From Myxococcota bacterium (lineage in GTDB: Bacteria; Myxococcota_A; UBA796; GCA-2862545), in NCBI GenBank assembly GCA_039208735.1, contig JBCCQY010000017.1, forward strand, positions 23,080 through 87,079: DNA of 64,000 nt, written 5' to 3'. Positions within the stretch are counted from its first letter, which is position 1, and each line of letters opens with the position of its first letter. The notes under the pieces were generated by a model. That model did no database searches. It saw only the letters and a list, made by a program, of their open reading frames with translations, and was not told the DNA's origin. Position numbers and translations under genes: made by a program. This document shows positions 19,062-27,067 of this stretch, piece after piece.

Positions 19062-19418
19062 CTACGGAATGGATTCGCCTGTGTCTTGGACCGCCGCATT
19101 CGGATTGAAGGGATCCTCAGACAGCGGAGCCCGATCTTCGTCGATCACGAACAGATCTTCGAATCCCTCGTAGCAAACGCCATCGGCGATCTCTTCGCAC
19201 GACTCCCGCATCAGACACCGACGATGATCCGCGAACAAGCTTGCAAGTTCGTCGTTCATCCACTGGTCCTGGTACAGCGTGAGCTGCCGATCGCACTGGT
19301 CGACACAGGTGGCGAGCGCAACCCGCTCGGTTGAGAGGTCGCAATCAAACAGAGTCTTGCGGCAGACTTGATCGCAGGTGGGCGCGCAGCCGAGGGCAAA
19401 CGCCAGCAGCATCAACAT
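19062..19418 (-). CDS. Cys-rich lipoprotein
   Basis: FALG-C lipobox; 8 further Cys; same Cys pattern as 25723..26067. Confidence 0.75.
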   Translation of the reverse strand: MLMLLAFALGCAPTCDQVCRKTLFDCDLSTERVALATCVDQCDRQLTLYQDQWMNDELASLFADHRRCLMRESCEEIADGVCYEGFEDLFVIDEDRAPLSEDPFNPNAAVQDTGESIP

Positions 19419-19461
19419 GGGGAGGCTCCTAACGCGGCGAGACAGGGATACGCCCTGCGCC

Positions 19462-20181
19462 ATGGACAAGACGTTGATTGTGGGAGCGAACCGTGGCATC
19501 GGTCTGGCCTTTGTGAAGGCTAGGCTCGCACGGGGTGACCGAGTCATCGGAGCGTGCAGGCAGCCTGAAATGCCGCCCCTGACTCACGAACGGCTCACTT
19601 GGGTCAGGCTGGATGTCACCGATGAGTCGAGCGTGGCCATGGCCGCGGCGACCGTGCGGGACACGCTCGGCGATCTCGATCGGCTGATTCACACGGTCGG
19701 GGTGCTGCACGGCGCAGACTTCGGCCCCGAGAAGCGGCTCGCCCATGTGGAACCCGACGTGCTTTCCCGCGTGTTCGCCGTCAACGCGTTTGGGCCCCTG
19801 GTGGTCGCAAAGCACTTCGCGAGACTCCTGCAGCATGAACGGCGGGCCGTCTTTGCGGCCCTGTCGGCGCGGGTGGGAAGCATCACAGACAACGGGCTCG
19901 GTGGCTGGTACGCGTACCGGGCGTCCAAGGCGGCGCTCAACCAGTTCCTGAAGACGCTGTCGATCGAGTGGTCGCGAACCAGTCCGCGGGCCATCGTGGT
20001 CAGCCTGCATCCGGGAACCGTCGATACGGATCTTTCCGCTCCTTTCCAAGGCCGCGTGCCTCCCGAAAAGCTGTTTTCGACCGAACGAGCCGTTCGTCAG
20101 CTGCTGGACATCATCGAAGGCCTCACACCTGACGACACCGGCACGTTCGTGGCCTGGGACGGCACGCCCATCCCCTGGTGA
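19462..20181 (+). CDS. SDR oxidoreductase, C-factor (CsgA)-like
   Basis: GANRGIG, SARVGSI.DN..GGWYAYRASK, HPGTVDT. Confidence 0.88.
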   Translation: MDKTLIVGANRGIGLAFVKARLARGDRVIGACRQPEMPPLTHERLTWVRLDVTDESSVAMAAATVRDTLGDLDRLIHTVGVLHGADFGPEKRLAHVEPDVLSRVFAVNAFGPLVVAKHFARLLQHERRAVFAALSARVGSITDNGLGGWYAYRASKAALNQFLKTLSIEWSRTSPRAIVVSLHPGTVDTDLSAPFQGRVPPEKLFSTERAVRQLLDIIEGLTPDDTGTFVAWDGTPIPW

Positions 20182-21150
20182 CTAATCGGTGACCCGACGG
20201 GTCTGGGTCGGCACGATGCAGGTCACTGGCGTCTCATCGACGGGCAGCGCCTCGATGCCCGCGTCCATCTCGTAAAAGTGGACCTCGCTCGGGGTGATCA
20301 TCGCGACCTTCGCGCCATTCTCACTGACCTCAAGCTGGCGATCGAAGGTCGGAATACGAGAAAACGCCAATCGATCACCGTCGGCGCCATCCAGTCGTTC
20401 AAGGCGACCGTAGCCGTCGTTCCCCTCGGTGAGCACCAGCGCTTGACCAAGCGTACCTCGTGCCGCAAGGGACACCACAGGACCTTCGACGGTGTGCGTC
20501 CAGGCGACGCTTCCGTCGACGGCCATGCGCGACACCTCAAACCCGCCCGCCGATGACACGAACAGCGCATCGGATGCGGCATCGAACGACGCCAGATCGT
20601 GGGCGTCCGAAATCTGCGTACTTCCCTCGGCCGACACGACGAACACCTGTCCGTTTCCGGCGGCGAAAACCCGCCCGCCTTCGCGGTCGAAACTATAGGT
20701 CATGCCATCCGCGCACAGCGCGCCATCAACCGCCACCGAGGCTTGTCCCTGTCGGAACGCACAGTCCGTTTCGGTACCCGCTACGGTGACCAGCCCGCCG
20801 GTATCCGCACCCGCCATCTGCACGTTCGGCAGGCTCATGTCTTCGGACTTGATCCACTCCGAATCTCGAATGATGTGGACCCCATCGTCGGTCGTCGCCA
20901 CCGTTGTGCCCTCAAAGAGGTCCACGATGCGCTCGGCCTCGGTCGGGAGATCCGCATCGGCCACCGGGCAGCCCCAGTTCGTGTCGATCGTGCAGGTCGT
21001 GCCTGCCATTGCGGCAACCGCATCGAGCCCGTTTGCCGTCAGGCGTAGGCCATTGACCTCGGCGTCGAGGGTCGAGGTGAAACGCAGCTCATCCGACGAA
21101 GCGCACCCGACGGCCGAAAGCGCCAGGGCAGTGATGGTCAAGGCTCGCAT
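20182..21150 (-). CDS. Lipoprotein, probable beta-propeller
   Basis: SAVG-C lipobox; repeated beta-hairpin/DG motifs. Confidence 0.7.
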   Translation of the reverse strand: MRALTITALALSAVGCASSDELRFTSTLDAEVNGLRLTANGLDAVAAMAGTTCTIDTNWGCPVADADLPTEAERIVDLFEGTTVATTDDGVHIIRDSEWIKSEDMSLPNVQMAGADTGGLVTVAGTETDCAFRQGQASVAVDGALCADGMTYSFDREGGRVFAAGNGQVFVVSAEGSTQISDAHDLASFDAASDALFVSSAGGFEVSRMAVDGSVAWTHTVEGPVVSLAARGTLGQALVLTEGNDGYGRLERLDGADGDRLAFSRIPTFDRQLEVSENGAKVAMITPSEVHFYEMDAGIEALPVDETPVTCIVPTQTRRVTD

Positions 21151-21177
21151 AGGGGCTCCAAGGGCAGGTCCACGGGG

Positions 21178-21771
21178 TTACAAGTCGAGCGACTGGCACG
21201 TTCCACGATACGCGGGTTCGTTGACGGTCAGCCACAAATCCATGGCATTGGGGCTGACCCCCCACACCCCACAATCCGAAAGATTCTCGGGCTCGGTGCG
21301 CAACCGAATGGCGTAGGTGAGGGACGGGTCGTCATCGAGGCAATGAAACTGACTCACCGAACCCGGATCCGTGGTGGTCCCATGACCCAGATCGACGGCC
21401 CACTGATCGTAATTGCCGTTGGGATCCACATCGACCAGCCGCATGGGATGCGTCTCGACTCGCCCGTCCACGTGCAGCACGTCGAACAGCACCTCAGTCG
21501 ACCAACCCGTGGTGAGGAGTTCGAGCGACAGACCACCTTCATCGCACGTTTCCCAAGCGCGCCGGATCTCGACAAGTTCGGCCTCGCCGGTCTCGACGGG
21601 AGGCGAAGGCTGAGCCGTGTCGCCCACCAGCTCCGTAAAGCCACTGTCGACCGTTTCGGTAAAGGCGAACAGATCTGGGGGAAAGCGCACCGTGTTCACG
21701 CAGGCGACAAGCGCCAGGGTGACCAACGGGAAGCCCGTCGACCCAAGCGACCAGAGGTGGCGCGCGTTCAT
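21178..21771 (-). CDS. Lipoprotein of unknown function
   Basis: LALVA-C; ATGA overlap with the upstream anti-sigma gene. Confidence 0.7.
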   Translation of the reverse strand: MNARHLWSLGSTGFPLVTLALVACVNTVRFPPDLFAFTETVDSGFTELVGDTAQPSPPVETGEAELVEIRRAWETCDEGGLSLELLTTGWSTEVLFDVLHVDGRVETHPMRLVDVDPNGNYDQWAVDLGHGTTTDPGSVSQFHCLDDDPSLTYAIRLRTEPENLSDCGVWGVSPNAMDLWLTVNEPAYRGTCQSLDL

Positions 21772-22769
21772 CGATGCTCTCCGAGGGTTTCGAGCCAACG
21801 CAATCCGAGTTCGGACAGCGGTTCCCTGAACTGGGCCGTGAATACCGCTTCCGGGTCTTCCATGCGAAGTCGACACCTGGCCGCCATGAATCGGAAAGCC
21901 GGATCCGGATCTGCGCGGAGCGCTTCGAGGTGCGGCAGGGCACGTCGGCAATCCCTGGCTCCAAGAATCGCCAGGTCGGCGGCGAATCGGTGCACTTCAT
22001 CCACCCGCGCATCGAACTGCGCCACGTACGCCTCCGCATCATCAAGCGCGGCCCCGGGCGCACCGAGGGTCGAAAGGAGGCGCATCCGTCGCACCAGCAA
22101 CTCACCGCGGACCGGATTGTCGGCATCCGGAGTGAATGACGCCAGTGCACGATCCAAGGTGTCCCGAACGAGTTCCGGGTCGGCTTTGGCCTCTTCGAGC
22201 GCATCCGCGCGCCCCAGCAGTCGTGCGGGCGACTGCGGCAGACACGTCAACGCTCCCGAAGGCCCGGAGAGGATCTGCTCGTCCTCACCGGTACAGGCCA
22301 CCCGCACGGAGCCCTTGGCCACCTGCGTCGTCAATCCAAGGGCATCGCGCACGACGGTGAAGTGCGTTCCGGCCACCTCGATTCGGCCTTCGTCGGCATG
22401 CACGGCCAGTTGGACCCCCGACTCGGGGGCAACCCGCACGGTGAGTTCGCCCAGCTGCCAGTCCACGACCAAGTTCCGATCGGTGCCCGTGACCCGGCCC
22501 GACCCCGCAACCGTGAGATCGACCTGGTCGCTCCACAACACCCGCTCCGGCACGCTCGCCGCCGCGGCGACGGGAAGGGTGCGGGGCGGCTCAGGCCACA
22601 GCAAGAGCCCGGTCAGCGCCACCGCAGCCAAGGCCAATGCGCTGATGGTGAGGCGCTGAGTCCACCGATGCCGTCGTTCGGCACGGCTCCGCGCCAGCCG
22701 TCGAAGAATACGCCGGTTCCCCCGGGGATCGGGGTCGGGGAGGTACCGCAATGCGCGCTTGGCGTCCAT
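21768..22769 (-). CDS. FecR-like anti-sigma factor with C-terminal TPR-like region
   Basis: Single TM, then IEVAGTHFTV..TQVAKGSVRV (FecR V.GT.F.V motif), then helical repeats. Confidence 0.8.
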   Translation of the reverse strand: MDAKRALRYLPDPDPRGNRRILRRLARSRAERRHRWTQRLTISALALAAVALTGLLLWPEPPRTLPVAAAASVPERVLWSDQVDLTVAGSGRVTGTDRNLVVDWQLGELTVRVAPESGVQLAVHADEGRIEVAGTHFTVVRDALGLTTQVAKGSVRVACTGEDEQILSGPSGALTCLPQSPARLLGRADALEEAKADPELVRDTLDRALASFTPDADNPVRGELLVRRMRLLSTLGAPGAALDDAEAYVAQFDARVDEVHRFAADLAILGARDCRRALPHLEALRADPDPAFRFMAARCRLRMEDPEAVFTAQFREPLSELGLRWLETLGEHR

Positions 22770-23353
22770 CAGCCCGCCTCCGCCGAGCGGCCTTCGAACG
22801 AGGCCAACCACTCGTCTCCCATCTCGTCGCGCATCGCTTCACGGAAGGCCTTCCGAGCCACCCGGAGCCGCGACTTGACGGTACCGACGGGAATGCCGAT
22901 CAACTCCGACACCTCGGGCCCACTCCGTTCTTCGAGATCGATGAGCACGAGCACCTCCCGATGAACCGGGGCCAACCCCTCGAGTGCAGCCCACACCGCC
23001 TCAGCCGTTTGAGCTGCTTCGACCGTGCGAAGCGGCGACCACCGCCGATCCTCCTCCCGGTCGAGCGACACCCCAGGGACCCAACGCCGCACCCACGCCC
23101 GTCGCCGATGGTTGGCGATGACCCGCCGGGTGATGCCGAACAACCACGCCGGGAACTGCCCTGTCGTACGCACCTTGCGGATGCGTCGGCACATGACGAT
23201 CAGCACTTCGTGAGCAGCATCCTCAGCGTCCACCCGCGGCCCGCCCAATCGGTGGCACCAGACATAGACCTGCGACAGCCACGCCTCGGCCACGGCATCG
23301 ATGGCATCTTCGTCTCCCGCGATGGCCGCGCTCAGTTCGGCGTCGTTCATCAT
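22769..23353 (-). CDS. ECF RNA polymerase sigma factor
   Basis: DAEDAAHEV, FPAWLFGI, EVSELIGIPVGTVKSRL. Confidence 0.94.
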   Translation of the reverse strand: MMNDAELSAAIAGDEDAIDAVAEAWLSQVYVWCHRLGGPRVDAEDAAHEVLIVMCRRIRKVRTTGQFPAWLFGITRRVIANHRRRAWVRRWVPGVSLDREEDRRWSPLRTVEAAQTAEAVWAALEGLAPVHREVLVLIDLEERSGPEVSELIGIPVGTVKSRLRVARKAFREAMRDEMGDEWLASFEGRSAEAG

Positions 23354-23961
23354 CGCGTCTCCTGATCGCCACGGGCCCGACGGCCATGGCCCAAATGGAA
23401 GCGTTGTCCAAGCTGCACCTGAATCGGCGACAGATCTCGAAGTTCTTGAGTTTCAAACACTAGACGCGTGAGCGCCAAGTCCACCATGACACGCACATCG
23501 GTGGTCCAAGACCACTTGCGGTGATGCAAAACTGGGACCGAGGCTCGCGCGCCGACGACCGGCACGATGAACCGTGCCTGGGTGAGACCCTGCTGACGAA
23601 ACACCCGGTGCGAAACCGCCGCGGTGGGTCCCAGTTCGAATCCCTTCGAAATGGTGGTCAGCAGGTCCAGTCCAAGGTCCCAATGGTTCATGTTCCGCTG
23701 GGGCCCTGGCACGGCCACGCCTTGACTCGCGGTGCTCACGTTGGCGTCGAGCTTGAAGCGGTCGTTCGACCACAGGAGCAGGCCAAACTCGACCAGCGGA
23801 CCCACGTTGAGGTCCGAACGAAGCACGGCCCGAAGACCCAGTCGAAAGGGCGGCAGGACGTACCTGCGTTCGACCTCGATGACCCGGACCGAAGGCTTTG
23901 GGGCGGGCGGCTCCGAATCTTGTGCCCCCGCAAGGGCAATACAAGCCCACCCCACCATCAT
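23350..23961 (-). CDS. Secreted beta-barrel-like protein
   Basis: Short signal, Pro linker, alternating amphipathic strands; paralogous to the C-terminus of 23958..25073. Confidence 0.65.
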   Translation of the reverse strand: MMVGWACIALAGAQDSEPPAPKPSVRVIEVERRYVLPPFRLGLRAVLRSDLNVGPLVEFGLLLWSNDRFKLDANVSTASQGVAVPGPQRNMNHWDLGLDLLTTISKGFELGPTAAVSHRVFRQQGLTQARFIVPVVGARASVPVLHHRKWSWTTDVRVMVDLALTRLVFETQELRDLSPIQVQLGQRFHLGHGRRARGDQETR

Positions 23962-25073
23962 GGCCGCCGATTGGCGTGGAGCTTGCGATAGTTCGAAAGC
24001 AGCTCCAACGCGCCGTGGTAGCGCAAAATGAGGGCCGGCTGGATCTCGAAGCGGTTGAGTTCAGAGGTGCGGCCGTCGGGCAACACCAAGTCGGTCCGCG
24101 CAAGGTCCATCTTGCCCTGGACGTGAGCGACCACCGCGAGCTTTCGACCCGACACCAGCGGGACGTCGAGCCGCAACTGCGCAGTGGGAACCAGGTGCTG
24201 ATCAACCAGGAAACCCTGCTGGCGGTACATTCGGTAGCTCGTACCGATTCCTGCGCCGACGGATGCCGCACCGACCAGCGCCACCGTCGCCGAGCCTTCA
24301 ACGTCGAATTGGCCCATGAGACGCGGCACATCGAACTCGAGGTTCCGAGCAGGAACGCCGCCAATCTCGATATTGAGCCGCAGCCGTCCTCGGCGCACGA
24401 GTTCGGTCCCGGCCATGATCTGCGCCGAGCCCACAAGCCCCGAGCGCACCGATCCTCCCACCCGCAGCCACAGGGGTGGTGCCGACAGCACCTTCTGGCC
24501 CTCGCGCCGCCATCGGGGCAGATCGGTCACATAGACCTCTCCATCGCCCTCAGGGACCACGATAGGAGCAGGATCGTCGGTGCCCTCATTCTGCACGCCC
24601 GACGGAAGAATGACCCGAGCCGCTGTGCCTTCGAGCCGGCCGGGTCGGGTGGTCATGCCCTTGGTCGGTGGCGTTTCCGGAGCCTCCGCTGCTCCCTGAG
24701 TCTTCGCGGGGATTCCCTTGGGCGGGGGCAAAGGATGGGCGGGTGGCCGCGGGGCATTCCGCAGGACCTCGCGCAAGAGACCGCGAGCCAAGAAGGCCAC
24801 CGCTTCGCGATCCGTAGCGGTACGGGGCGCATCGACAACCACGCGTCGTTCTTGACCGTCCTCGGCCACCGCCACGATGCGCCACACCCCGCCAGTGGTC
24901 TCGAGCCGAAGCGGTGCTTCGCCAAGCCGCGGCGCCAAGCCCGCGAGCTTTAGTGCCGCCGTCCACGCATCGGCGTCCTCGGTCTTGGGCAACTGGATGC
25001 CCGGCTCGGCCGCAGCCGAGGTTGGAACACACCACGCCACCAAGACGCACAGCGCGCAGAGCCAACGTTGCAT
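23958..25073 (-). CDS. Secreted protein: N-domain + Pro-rich linker + beta-barrel-like C-domain
   Basis: GGAGG RBS; signal peptide MQRWLCAL...AAA; amphipathic strands at the C-terminus. Confidence 0.7.
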   Translation of the reverse strand: MQRWLCALCVLVAWCVPTSAAAEPGIQLPKTEDADAWTAALKLAGLAPRLGEAPLRLETTGGVWRIVAVAEDGQERRVVVDAPRTATDREAVAFLARGLLREVLRNAPRPPAHPLPPPKGIPAKTQGAAEAPETPPTKGMTTRPGRLEGTAARVILPSGVQNEGTDDPAPIVVPEGDGEVYVTDLPRWRREGQKVLSAPPLWLRVGGSVRSGLVGSAQIMAGTELVRRGRLRLNIEIGGVPARNLEFDVPRLMGQFDVEGSATVALVGAASVGAGIGTSYRMYRQQGFLVDQHLVPTAQLRLDVPLVSGRKLAVVAHVQGKMDLARTDLVLPDGRTSELNRFEIQPALILRYHGALELLSNYRKLHANRRP

Positions 25074-25309
25074 GCCCGTCCTCCCTTGGTGACGCCATCC
25101 GAACCCCGAACGACATCCCACTATGTCCAACGGACCCCGAACCGATCGCACACCGCTACAAAAAAATCACCGCGGACCTCTAAGCCGTCATCCGCGGCGT
25201 CCCGTCGTGAGTTTTTCAGCGCCGACGCGTCGGACGAGCCCTCAATCTGCTGAAGAGCCTATCCTTGGCGCCTCGATCGAAACGATCGTTCACCAACCAT
25301 CAGTCTGGA

Positions 25310-25480
25310 GCAGATAACTCCGAGTCTGGGCATATCTGACCACTTAGTTAAATAAGCAATCAATAGCCGAATTGATATTTAGGAAGCTATCTTCTTTTCA
25401 TAAGATGAGCCATGATACCCTTCATGAGTCGACACGCTCTGATTAGTTGGTTAAATCAATAATATTGACTTTGTGAGGCC
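25310..25480. other. AT-rich intergenic island
   Basis: Sharp GC drop against the GC-rich background; no long ORF. Confidence 0.75.
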
Positions 25481-25722
25481 CGGATTTGAGCCAACCCATG
25501 CCTACATGGTGACGGCGTCGGCACAGAGGGAAGCGAGCACTCGCGCAACCCGATATCCTCTGGCTCTTTGGAGGTGATTGTGTCCGACCATCGCGTTTCG
25601 GGCCGTCGGACGTGGACCCTTCGGTCGAAGACGGAGCCTGCGGCTCGCTCGGCGCAGGATGCCACGGCAAAGTGGACCCGCGAAGTCCGCGGATGGGCGC
25701 CTACGGTCTGGCGGAGGCGCGC

Positions 25723-26067
25723 ATGAGCCGGGCTTGGGCCATGGTCGCATTGTGCGTCGCGCCCTTGGCGTTGACCACCGGCTGCGGAACGAACTGCAAC
25801 GAATCCTGCATCCGCGTCTACGACGCCAACGAATGCGACGTGCAGTCTCCCGGTGTGCCGACAAGCGAGACGATCGACCGGTGCACCAACCAGTGCCGCA
25901 GTGCGCTGTCGCAGGTGGGCCCGGTAGGCGACTACAGCCCCTTTGCGGTGGGTGGGGCGAGCCAGCAACGCATCACCAACGAACGTCAGGCCGCCGCATG
26001 GATGGACTGCGTTTCAAGCAGGTCGTGTGAACAGCTCAACGCCGGACAGTGCAACCTCGAACTGTAG
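25723..26067 (+). CDS. Cys-rich lipoprotein
   Basis: GGAGG RBS; LTTG-C lipobox; 8 further Cys. Confidence 0.78.
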   Translation: MSRAWAMVALCVAPLALTTGCGTNCNESCIRVYDANECDVQSPGVPTSETIDRCTNQCRSALSQVGPVGDYSPFAVGGASQQRITNERQAAAWMDCVSSRSCEQLNAGQCNLEL

Positions 26068-27067
26068 CGTTGGCGTCCTCGCCCCTCGCGTTCGCAACGC
26101 CCCGGGGCACCCCGCCGACTTTCCGATTGGTCGGGCCGCGCTGGCGCTCGAAGCCGACGGCGTCGCTGTGGTCATCGGCGACACGGTCAAGGATGGCACG
26201 CTGGTGGGGGTTCGCGCCCACCCTGACGGGTGGCAGGCCGCCGCACTCGCCGTGAGCGGGATCTACGATCGGTTCCCCTCTCGCAGTCGCCATGCCGAAC
26301 ACACCACGTTGCGCAACGGACTGAGGGGCCTTCGATGGGTCAACGATCCCCGACTCGTCGACCTATGCGCCGACAAAGTGGGTTCCCAGGCTTGGCTTGC
26401 CGAGCGCGTGCCCATGCCCGAAATCGAGACCGATCCCACCCGGTTCGCGGACTGCCTCAACGCGTGGGGAGCCGCATTTGCCAAACCACGCTTTGGCGCC
26501 TTTGGGGCCGGGATCGAGCGAGTCACACCGGGTATGCAGGTGGCTCCTCGGCGCATCAGCTCGGTCAAAGAGGTTCACGAGCCCACGATCCTCCAGCGAG
26601 CCGTGGCTGCGCCCTCCGGGTTCGCAGGGATTGCGCTGCGGATCTTGGTGCAGCGCACGGTGGAAGGCCCCTGGTGGGCCGGCCCGGCCGTGGTCCGTCA
26701 TCACCGAGCAGACCCGGTGGTCAATGCGGCTCGAGGGGCCCATGTCACCGATGCCGCGGGCTGCGCGGAGGTGGATGAGCCCGCCGCCCAGGCGCTCGCA
26801 GTCTTGGTGGCGGAGCGACTTGCGGAAGCACCTGGGGGAGAGGGGTTGGTGGAGATCGGGGTCGACCTCGTAGTCGATGACAACCGTGTGCCTCACGTGA
26901 TCGAAGTCAACTCTCGTCCGCGTGGTCGTCTCGAGGTGCTCGCGACGCAAGACCCCGCACGCTACCGGACCCTTCATCTCGAAGCCTGCGCACGGCCCCT
27001 GCGATGGCTCGCGGCGCGCGCGGACGACGGAACCTCCGCAGGACGAGTTGATGGACGAATCAAGTGA
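26027..27067 (+). CDS. ATP-grasp ligase (YheC/YheD-like); start uncertain
   Basis: IYDRFP, CADK, AKPRFGAFGAGI, LQRAV, NAARG, EIGVDL, IEVNSRP. Confidence 0.8.
   Translation: MNSSTPDSATSNCSVGVLAPRVRNAPGHPADFPIGRAALALEADGVAVVIGDTVKDGTLVGVRAHPDGWQAAALAVSGIYDRFPSRSRHAEHTTLRNGLRGLRWVNDPRLVDLCADKVGSQAWLAERVPMPEIETDPTRFADCLNAWGAAFAKPRFGAFGAGIERVTPGMQVAPRRISSVKEVHEPTILQRAVAAPSGFAGIALRILVQRTVEGPWWAGPAVVRHHRADPVVNAARGAHVTDAAGCAEVDEPAAQALAVLVAERLAEAPGGEGLVEIGVDLVVDDNRVPHVIEVNSRPRGRLEVLATQDPARYRTLHLEACARPLRWLAARADDGTSAGRVDGRIK

Noticed and set aside
19462..20181. Calling the SDR the developmental csgA
   Set aside because: C-factor-like SDRs are widespread and orthology cannot be shown by eye
25325..25353. 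dif/Xer-like site TCTGGGCATAT-CTGACCA-CTTAGTTAAAT
   Set aside because: Only 7/11 and 8/11 matches to the E. coli arms, a 7-bp spacer, and no inner ATAA/TTAT palindrome; plausible by chance in AT-rich DNA
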